The notes beneath the pieces are model-generated. The model did no database searches, was not told the DNA's origin, and saw only the letters and a program-made list of their open reading frames with translations. From a virus, in IMG/VR virus record IMGVR_UViG_3300035181_002344: 64,000 bases of DNA; one strand, given 5' to 3'. Positions 10,064-16,761 of this stretch are shown here, piece after piece (position 1 is the stretch's first letter; each line of letters opens with the position of its first letter). A program made the position numbers and the translations under genes.

Positions 10064-11393
10064 GTGTTCCTCGGTGTTTCATCCATTGCTCAAATGGATA
10101 TTCTGGAAAAGATATTAGTGGTATTGCGCTTCTGCCTTTATTTAGAAATCGGCCAAAGCTTAAATCGTATTTTATTGGGTCTATATCTGTTATTCTAAGC
10201 GCATAAGATACAAGGCTTCCAGCTGCAGAGCCTCTGCCTGGTCCTACTAGAATTCCATGAGTCTTAGCCCATACAACATAATCAGAAACTATTAAGAAAT
10301 AGCTAGCAAAGTTCATCTGAGTGATTATTTGAATCTCATATAGCAATCGATTTTTATATTCCGCGGGAACTTTATTTGTCCCCATTCGTTTAATAAGACC
10401 TTCTATTGCTCGTTTGCGAAATAGTTCGTCTTCATGACGAATATTTCCAAACGTCGGAATTTTATAATTACCGAACTCGAATTCAAAGCTTACTCTATCT
10501 GCTATCTCTAATGTATTATTTATAGCTTCTGGATATTGTGAAAATCTCTGTTTTAAATATTCCTCGTCGGGCAGATAGTAACCATCTCCCGGATATTTTC
10601 CAAAATCTGGATCATCTAAGGTTGTTTTCTTTCTATCGGCTAACATCATATCGTGTATAGTCACATCTTGGTCAAGCACCATATGTGTGTCGCCGGTTGC
10701 AACTGTTTTAATTTTATATTTGTCGGCGAATTCTAATATTGCTTCTCTAATAATAGCTTCCTGTCTTAACCCATGGTTCATAATCTCTAAATAAAATCTG
10801 TCGCCGAAAATTTCCTTATGCCATTTAATTACATCTTCTGGACTTTCTTTACGATGTTTATCGCAAATATGTCCATCGCTACAATCAGCGCATTCTATAG
10901 CCGTTAGTGTTTCATAGCCATCTTCGTCTTTGAATGAGATATTTCTTTGGTCCATAATAGTTTTTGATAAATTAGAGGCAAGGCATCCAGATAATACTAT
11001 TAAGCCTTCATTGTATCTGCGTAATAATTCTCTATCTATGCGAGGCTTACGATAAAACGATTCAGCTTTAAATGATTCGTTTACTAAAGTGCATAAATTC
11101 TGCCAGCCCTTTTTATTCATAGCTATCAATGTTAAATGATAGTAATGGTCTATCTTATTCTCTTTATCAAATCGCGAACGATTAGCAACATAAGCTTCCA
11201 TTCCTAAAATAGGCTTAATATCAACGGCTTTCATTGTTTTGTAAAATTCAACTGCTCCAGATAATGTTCCATGATCAGTTAAAGCAATTGCCGGGTATTT
11301 TAGTTCTTTTGCTCGTTTTGCTAAATCTGGAATCTTGGCAACACTATCCATCGTAGAGAATGTCGTGTGCTGATGTAGATTTACGAAGTTCAT
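10056..11393 (-). CDS. dnaE: DNA polymerase III alpha subunit, N-terminal part (PHP domain and start of palm)
   Basis: LHQHTTFS, TDHG, GMEAY, YHLT, SGCL, NHG, GDTH; GPGRGSAAGSLVSY; DPIKYDLSFGRFLN. Confidence 0.95.
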   Translation of the reverse strand: MNFVNLHQHTTFSTMDSVAKIPDLAKRAKELKYPAIALTDHGTLSGAVEFYKTMKAVDIKPILGMEAYVANRSRFDKENKIDHYYHLTLIAMNKKGWQNLCTLVNESFKAESFYRKPRIDRELLRRYNEGLIVLSGCLASNLSKTIMDQRNISFKDEDGYETLTAIECADCSDGHICDKHRKESPEDVIKWHKEIFGDRFYLEIMNHGLRQEAIIREAILEFADKYKIKTVATGDTHMVLDQDVTIHDMMLADRKKTTLDDPDFGKYPGDGYYLPDEEYLKQRFSQYPEAINNTLEIADRVSFEFEFGNYKIPTFGNIRHEDELFRKRAIEGLIKRMGTNKVPAEYKNRLLYEIQIITQMNFASYFLIVSDYVVWAKTHGILVGPGRGSAAGSLVSYALRITDIDPIKYDLSFGRFLNKGRSAIPLISFPEYPFEQWMKHRGTHG

Positions 11394-11407
11394 TGTTATT
11401 TCCTAGT

Positions 11408-11857
11408 TTATGCTTCTATATCTGACTGATTGTCATAAATGATATGATGTCTAAATACACTTTTGCATTCGTTTAATGTTGGAAAGCAATTATGTGTGCG
11501 GATAATATTGAATTTTTCTATCCAATATGGTTGTATGTATTCAACTCTTGTTGATAAGGTATAGAATACCTCTTTTTTACCATTGTGCTTGATGAATTTG
11601 TCTTTAGTAGTTTCTATTATCTTTTCTTTAGACAGAAATGACTTTTTGTTAATCAAATATCTCTTGTACACCGGTGTAACAGCAAGTAGCTTTCTGTCAA
11701 GAATCATCTCTGAATTTAATAATTCATTTAATTCTTGCTCCGATGATAAAAGAAAATATCTGATCTCGCCTTTTATTGTTACTTTGAGTATAGTGTAATC
11801 ATTACTAAAGACCATTTCTTCTGACGGCGATAATTCTTTAGTTTCTGCTTGGTTCAT
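11408..11857 (-). CDS. Hypothetical protein
   Basis: 149-aa ORF in replication operon. Confidence 0.6.
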   Translation of the reverse strand: MNQAETKELSPSEEMVFSNDYTILKVTIKGEIRYFLLSSEQELNELLNSEMILDRKLLAVTPVYKRYLINKKSFLSKEKIIETTKDKFIKHNGKKEVFYTLSTRVEYIQPYWIEKFNIIRTHNCFPTLNECKSVFRHHIIYDNQSDIEA

Positions 11858-12479
11858 GTAGTTGTTCTCTTATAGTGTATGTGCGTGAATAGATATAGCG
11901 TAAGCTACTTTGATAATCTCTTTGTTTAATGTCAGAAAATAAGCCGACTATATCAGGATCTTCGATTGGATAAATTTCAAATAGCCCGTTATGAAAAATT
12001 GTTGGGGATTCCAACATCATATTATAATTCCACCGGTCCATTTTTTCTCCTAACGATAGTACAAATGATTCATATCCTAAAGGAATAATTAGCGATGGGT
12101 GAAGACTTTCTATGATTTCTTCATAGATCCATAGTAACTTATTTATCTCGTCTAATTCGAATTTACTATTGCCTAAGCGGGTAAATGGGACGATATTGAT
12201 AAAAAGGAAGTCATCTTCTTTGAATCCGTTCCGCAAAGCCATAGCTTTAAAAGTTGCTCCTGTAGGGCATTGAAAAGCACAGTTATGCACGTTATTATAT
12301 TTCGCCCAAAATAATTCTGTAAAATCAGCGTTTATTTTACAAACTATGATGGGACTATCTGCATTGCCTCCCCATATAATATGGTGGTCGTCATATAGCC
12401 TCTGTGGTTGATTAGATTTTTTAGATATAAATTTGCCTATTTCATCAGATAGGCCGTTTAGAATCGCTTCTTTGTCCAT
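11838..12479 (-). CDS. Uracil-DNA glycosylase (family 4)-like protein, degenerate active site
   Basis: IIWGGNADSPII, F..PTG, FINIV and PSLIIPLG match the UDG-4 scaffold; GEAP and HP motifs replaced by KINA and EDP. Confidence 0.5.
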   Translation of the reverse strand: MDKEAILNGLSDEIGKFISKKSNQPQRLYDDHHIIWGGNADSPIIVCKINADFTELFWAKYNNVHNCAFQCPTGATFKAMALRNGFKEDDFLFINIVPFTRLGNSKFELDEINKLLWIYEEIIESLHPSLIIPLGYESFVLSLGEKMDRWNYNMMLESPTIFHNGLFEIYPIEDPDIVGLFSDIKQRDYQSSLRYIYSRTYTIREQLHEPSRN

Positions 12480-12506
12480 CTGGACCTCTAAATAATATGT
12501 AAATAT

Positions 12507-13076
12507 TTAGCGATTCAGCTTTATTTGCATTATAAATTCATCGCTGAATTCACCATTATTGTATTTGGTACAACATTTAGCGCATGCAGCGTTTACAATT
12601 CGAGAGGTTTTATTTTGAAACTGGTAGGTGTATCCGCATTTTGGACATGTGGCAACATATCGTTTTTGTGGCTGCTTGATATGTGGCAATGCTAATTTTG
12701 ACGGCGTTACATCAAGCCACTCGCACATTTTAAAAAATATCTCATTATGAGCTGATTGCTCTGACAAGATATGTGCGAATTCATGTTTAATAATATCAGC
12801 TACGGCTTTCTCGTTGTTTATTTTAATAACCGGCTCTGATATTTCAAATCTTTTCTCTCTAAAAAATGTAATTCCCGCTGAGTTAATGCGTTTGTTAAGG
12901 CTGAACGTCCAGCCCATTTCGGAGATCCCGAATTCATCCATGAGTTCTTGGATTAATTTCTTAGCTTTATCAATATTCATTGTTATCTCTGGAAATATAT
13001 CCTGCAAATATAAATTTGCAGGATACTTGGGTTTAGTATCCATGTCAATATATGACATAGTAGCATTATGATTCAA
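12507..13076 (-). CDS. SprT-like metalloprotease
   Basis: HEFAH..., H...F, followed by CPKC...CAKC Zn ribbon. Confidence 0.8.
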   Translation of the reverse strand: MNHNATMSYIDMDTKPKYPANLYLQDIFPEITMNIDKAKKLIQELMDEFGISEMGWTFSLNKRINSAGITFFREKRFEISEPVIKINNEKAVADIIKHEFAHILSEQSAHNEIFFKMCEWLDVTPSKLALPHIKQPQKRYVATCPKCGYTYQFQNKTSRIVNAACAKCCTKYNNGEFSDEFIMQIKLNR

Positions 13077-14163
13077 CGTCTAGAAGTTCGCCGGTTTGCA
13101 AATCGACTTTTTCTAGCAGATAAGGGCGAGTTTTTTGCCAAATCTCTTCTAAAAGCTCAGGCTTCGCTTTTAATTTAAGCCGCGCCATATTCAATCCATT
13201 ACCTAACGATTGCTCTCCATAATAGTAGTAGTTACCTTTCATTATAACAACGCCTGTTTTAACAGCGAGATTTAGTTTATCAGCTTCAATAGAAAATCCT
13301 TCGCCGGGTATAAATAAAAACGACTCTTTGAGAAACGGAACACCAAGTTTATTCTTGTCGCCGAAAATTGTTACTATCAAACCAATAAATTGATCCTTGC
13401 TATCATATAATTCTTTGTCGATGGAGAATTTCAATGCAGTGTGCGGATAGAATTTCATTGCGTTACCACCGGTATATTTTCTGCCGATGGATTTCATCAT
13501 TCCACCCATGCTGACGATATTTTCGCGCATTTGATTAATATAAATAATAGAGCATTTATTATCATTAGCCGGGCCAACAATTCCTTCTAAATGTCTAGAT
13601 AGCCTACGTGCTAATTCTCCCACTGAATCCTTACCATTCTCAGCTTCATATGTGCGCTGAGTCCCTAAAGCAGATACAGAGTCACAGACTACTATGTTAA
13701 CTGCTCCGCTTTTAACATAGATATTGATAGCATCGAAAGCTTGTTCTCCGTAGTCTGGAATGATCAGATGAAATAGATCTTCGCGTGTATAGTCAATGCC
13801 AAACGCTTTTTTAGCGTATTTTGCATCGAAGGATCGTTCAGCATCGCACCACATGCCTGGCATGTTATCGGCGTTTAGCCAGCCTACTATTTGCTCAGCT
13901 AATGATGATTTGCCGCATGATTCCATGCCGAAGAAGTTATATAGTTTTCCGAGAGCAAAGCCACTATCTGGCCCCGTGTATCTACCGGATAAGATATAGT
14001 TAAGACTCGGTAACGGTAACTCTTTTCTTGAGACCACCATATCTTCTACGCGATCATAGTATAGAGTAGCCTCTGTGTGTAAGTTTAGCAATTCTGCTTT
14101 GGCGAGGGCCAAAGCAGAATTATTCGCGGTTGCTGTAGTTTCTTTGTTTGTTCTCTTAGCCAT
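13066..14163 (-). CDS. recA: RecA/UvsX-like recombinase (likely start ATG 14163; ORF track start 14229)
   Basis: GMESCGKS Walker A, DAE, PDYGEQA, VCDSVSAL, INQMRE, TGGNAMKFY, KNK, G..YYYG. Confidence 0.95.
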   Translation of the reverse strand: MAKRTNKETTATANNSALALAKAELLNLHTEATLYYDRVEDMVVSRKELPLPSLNYILSGRYTGPDSGFALGKLYNFFGMESCGKSSLAEQIVGWLNADNMPGMWCDAERSFDAKYAKKAFGIDYTREDLFHLIIPDYGEQAFDAINIYVKSGAVNIVVCDSVSALGTQRTYEAENGKDSVGELARRLSRHLEGIVGPANDNKCSIIYINQMRENIVSMGGMMKSIGRKYTGGNAMKFYPHTALKFSIDKELYDSKDQFIGLIVTIFGDKNKLGVPFLKESFLFIPGEGFSIEADKLNLAVKTGVVIMKGNYYYYGEQSLGNGLNMARLKLKAKPELLEEIWQKTRPYLLEKVDLQTGELLDVES

Positions 14164-14221
14164 TGTGATTCCGTTGGAGTGAATATCGTATATAATTTGT
14201 TTGCTGAGGTTAGTGACTAGT

Positions 14222-14328
14222 CTTTTCAATCACTTTAATCTCCTATCTCTAGGGGAGTCGGCGTTGTCTAGTCGTCGGTTGTTATAACGCGAGGGCTTTA
14301 GACGAAAACTAGCGAACGCGTCGACTTT
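14222..14328. repeat. Structured repeat unit, copy 1 (conserved header, short hairpin, long hairpin)
   Basis: TTTTCAATCACTTTAATCTCCTATCTCTAGGGGAGTCGGC followed by an interrupted stem closing at CGACTT; header recurs at 14801. Confidence 0.7.
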
Positions 14329-14346
14329 CGTAAACCTTATTACTTA

Positions 14347-14376
14347 AATATAATGAAAACCCGTAATACGTGTCAA
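14347..14376 (-). promoter_or_regulatory. Sigma70-type promoter upstream of recA
   Basis: Minus strand TTGACA-N18-TATATT. Confidence 0.6.
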
Positions 14377-14413
14377 GTAAAAAATTATAAGTTATTACAA
14401 GACAATAAGTTAC

Positions 14414-14478
14414 AGAGGTGAATCGGACACGATGTCTTTGAGTTTTCCGAGGACTTGTGTGTCCGATTAAGCCTTGTG
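14414..14478. other. Long intergenic hairpin
   Basis: AATCGGACAC/GTGTCCGATT 10-bp perfect stem plus inner GTCTTTG/CGAGGAC stem. Confidence 0.6.
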
Positions 14479-14573
14479 TGTCGCAGTAAAAAAGGGGGCG
14501 CTCTTAAAAATACTCCCACCATTTCATAATGATCCCACCACCTAAAAAGGCTGCCGGGACCTAATAAAAATTC

Positions 14574-14780
14574 TTAGTCTTTACTTTTTTCTTCGACTTT
14601 TATAAGTTCATTTACATAATTGATAATCTCTTCATCAGTATCAAAGGAATCAATTACCGTTGGTTCTGTATCTGCGTCTGTTGGTAATTCAGTTAGTGTA
14701 TATTTGCGATTTTCGTATACACTTATATTAAACTTTTCCTTTAATACATTGATTGCTTCTTCGAATGTTGTAATTTCCAT
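14574..14780 (-). CDS. Small acidic hypothetical protein
   Basis: 68 aa with GGAG RBS. Confidence 0.65.
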   Translation of the reverse strand: MEITTFEEAINVLKEKFNISVYENRKYTLTELPTDADTEPTVIDSFDTDEEIINYVNELIKVEEKSKD

Positions 14781-14800
14781 AATATGTCTCCATTTATTTA

Positions 14801-14882
14801 TTTTCTAATCACTTTAATTCCTATAACTAGGGGTGTCGGCTTAGCAACTGAATTTAAAATCATTAGTCAGCGTTAGCTGACA
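14801..14882. repeat. Structured repeat unit, copy 2
   Basis: TTTTCTAATCACTTTAATTCCTATAACTAGGGGTGTCGGCT...AGCTGACA; same header as 14222, different hairpin body. Confidence 0.7.
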
Positions 14883-14975
14883 TTCAACTTGACTAAAAAA
14901 CAGCCCTCTTGTCAGAGCTGTAATTAGCATTGGTAAAAATGCCATTTTGTGGGACAGAAATGCTGTTTTTTACGA

Positions 14976-14992
14976 TTGGCATGGATTTTGGT
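14976..14992 (+). promoter_or_regulatory. Possible sigma54-type promoter for hsp20
   Basis: TTGGCATGGATTTTGGT versus consensus YTGGCACG-N4-TTGCW; -12 GC is GG. Confidence 0.4.
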
Positions 14993-15049
14993 AATTGCGA
15001 GATACAAAACAACTAATTAAATAACAAACTAATCAAAAGGAGGTTACTT

Positions 15050-15391
15050 ATGATACACAAATATTTCTACGCATTTTCTTCTTCTAATTTTAATTATCCA
15101 GCAACCTTTTCTCCAAAAATAGATGTTTCTGAGGAAGAAGACAAAATCAACATTATTGCCGAAATTCCTGGCGTAAAGAAACAAGATGTTAAAATTACAT
15201 TAGAGGATGATATTTTAACTATCGAGGGAGAAAAGAAACAAGGATCTGAAAAGTCTCTTAGCTTCAAACGTAGCTTTACTCTGCCTGCAGAAGTTGACGG
15301 GGAAAAAGTAGAAGCTAAGATTGAAGATGGAATATTGAATATCTCGTTTAAAAAATTAGAACCGCGTAGAAAAATAATAGAGCTGGTTTAA
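15050..15391 (+). CDS. Small heat-shock protein (Hsp20/alpha-crystallin)
   Basis: PKIDVSE, AEIPGVKK.DVKITL....LTIEGEKK, FKRSFTLP, AKIEDGIL; strong AGGAGG RBS. Confidence 0.95.
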   Translation: MIHKYFYAFSSSNFNYPATFSPKIDVSEEEDKINIIAEIPGVKKQDVKITLEDDILTIEGEKKQGSEKSLSFKRSFTLPAEVDGEKVEAKIEDGILNISFKKLEPRRKIIELV

Positions 15392-15406
15392 TTCCAGCTC
15401 TTATTT
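15371..15406. terminator. Probable bidirectional terminator between convergent hsp20 and response regulator
   Basis: GAGCTGG-N7-CCAGCTC flanked by A-rich and T-rich tracts. Confidence 0.55.
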
Positions 15407-15407
15407 G

Positions 15408-15779
15408 TTATTCATTTTTATGTTTGTATTTATATAATTCAATTATAATTTTTGGCAATTCGTGTCCATACACATCAGATTTGCAATATATTTTATCAAA
15501 ACAATTACAATCTTCTGGTAATTGCTCCATTAAATATGCCGTATATCCTACTATTAAGCTTTTAACATCTCTGCTCTTTAATTCATTTGCAATAGTACAA
15601 CCATCGTTTTTTGGCATATTAATATCACTAATTATCACATCGTAGTCATTAGTTAGCGATAGTTCAATTCCTTCTTCAACATCTTTAGCAAAATCTGGTT
15701 TGATATCATATTTTCTAAATGCTAATCGAAGCATCATTAACATTGATTCATCGTCGTCAATTATTAGCACTTTTATCAT
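15408..15779 (-). CDS. Stand-alone response regulator receiver (CheY-like); likely start 15779
   Basis: KVLIIDDD, IISDINMP..DG (phospho-Asp), YTA, K. Confidence 0.9.
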   Translation of the reverse strand: MIKVLIIDDDESMLMMLRLAFRKYDIKPDFAKDVEEGIELSLTNDYDVIISDINMPKNDGCTIANELKSRDVKSLIVGYTAYLMEQLPEDCNCFDKIYCKSDVYGHELPKIIIELYKYKHKNE

Positions 15780-15957
15780 GTTTATTAGACCTGCATTGTT
15801 TATGATATGATTGATATTCAGTATCTTGATCATCACCTATTATTTCGCGTATATGTTCTTCATTGCTTCTAATCCACGTGTGGCATATAGAACATTTACG
15901 AGCTAATGGGCTTTTTACCAAAAGTAAGTTTTTATTTATCTTTTTTATTATTTGCAT
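15757..15957 (-). CDS. Small Zn-binding hypothetical protein
   Basis: CSIC...YHKQC; ORF-track start lies in a terminator hairpin, so ATG 15957 is more likely. Confidence 0.5.
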   Translation of the reverse strand: MQIIKKINKNLLLVKSPLARKCSICHTWIRSNEEHIREIIGDDQDTEYQSYHKQCRSNKHDKSANN

Positions 15958-15980
15958 TATACAATAGCCATTGATTTGAG

Positions 15981-16011
15981 AAAAAAAACTAAGTGGCATA
16001 TAGCCACTTAG
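15981..16011 (-). terminator. Intrinsic terminator
   Basis: CTAAGTGGC/GCCACTTAG stem with 8-U tail on minus strand. Confidence 0.8.
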
Positions 16012-16076
16012 CAGGAGATGTCAGTTAAGGTTGGGGAGAACCATATGAAAGCACTGACAAAATGATGAACATGTGT

Positions 16077-16298
16077 TCAATAAATATTTAATTCTTTAAT
16101 GTAAGCTAAATCTTCATCGCTAATATTAATATTGATTTCGTCAATATTAATATCGATGCCGATTGTACCTCTATCGGCTTTATTGTCTATTACCGCTATT
16201 TCGTTAATTGCTTTATGTACGGCCTCTCTTAGTGAATTCGCTTCAACAGCTAATACAACTGACCGCTCATATTTAATTGGAATATTGTAAAATCTCAT
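16077..16298 (-). CDS. Hypothetical protein
   Basis: 73-aa ORF. Confidence 0.55.
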   Translation of the reverse strand: MRFYNIPIKYERSVVLAVEANSLREAVHKAINEIAVIDNKADRGTIGIDINIDEININISDEDLAYIKELNIY

Positions 16299-16386
16299 AG
16301 TATTTCTATATTAGTTAAAATGTAATTTATTTTTTTTTGGTGTATTTTCAATGTAAACGCCAAAGGTTTAAACTTATTTTCGTCTT

Positions 16387-16734
16387 AAAAAGTTCCTTTA
16401 TACCCCGATTTCTCGGGGTTTAAAAGGAAGACCGTGATACGGCTATTCGCCCTTATGGGCTCTAACAAGCCAGTTATACCACACAGCAGCAGCCGTTGCT
16501 GGCATTTATGACAGCAACAGCCGCTGCTGTTAATTGCTAAGCCATTATTGTTTAATGGTTTCCTCTTAGGCTCCTTTGCAGGAGCCCATCAAAGGAATCG
16601 TGCGACGCACTGTTACTACCAGGACTCTTCGAATCCATCGTGCGGTGTCCATGGTAGAGATCTAGATCCAATGCATCCTATACAGCTACAACTACGGTTG
16701 TAGCTGTTGCTGATTATGTCTCAGATGTTCTGAG
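16387..16734 (-). ncRNA. Candidate large (~350 nt) structured ncRNA, class unknown
   Basis: About nine helices, GC-enriched relative to flanks, GCAA and GAAA tetraloops, mismatches become G-U on minus strand, possible CGCAC/GUGCG pseudoknot. Confidence 0.7.
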
Positions 16735-16761
16735 TTTTTCATTTTCTTTAATAATTCATTT

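Noticed and set aside
7273-11393. Split intein or group I intron in dnaE
   Set aside because: No intein N-terminal Cys block or terminal HN motif, no group I core sequences seen, and the middle ORF lacks HNH, GIY-YIG or LAGLIDADG motifs.
16387-16734. tmRNA or RNase P RNA
   Set aside because: GGATTCGA and GAGGAAA fragments occur, but there is no acceptor stem, T-arm or CCA end, no plausible tag ORF and no RNase P P4 consensus.
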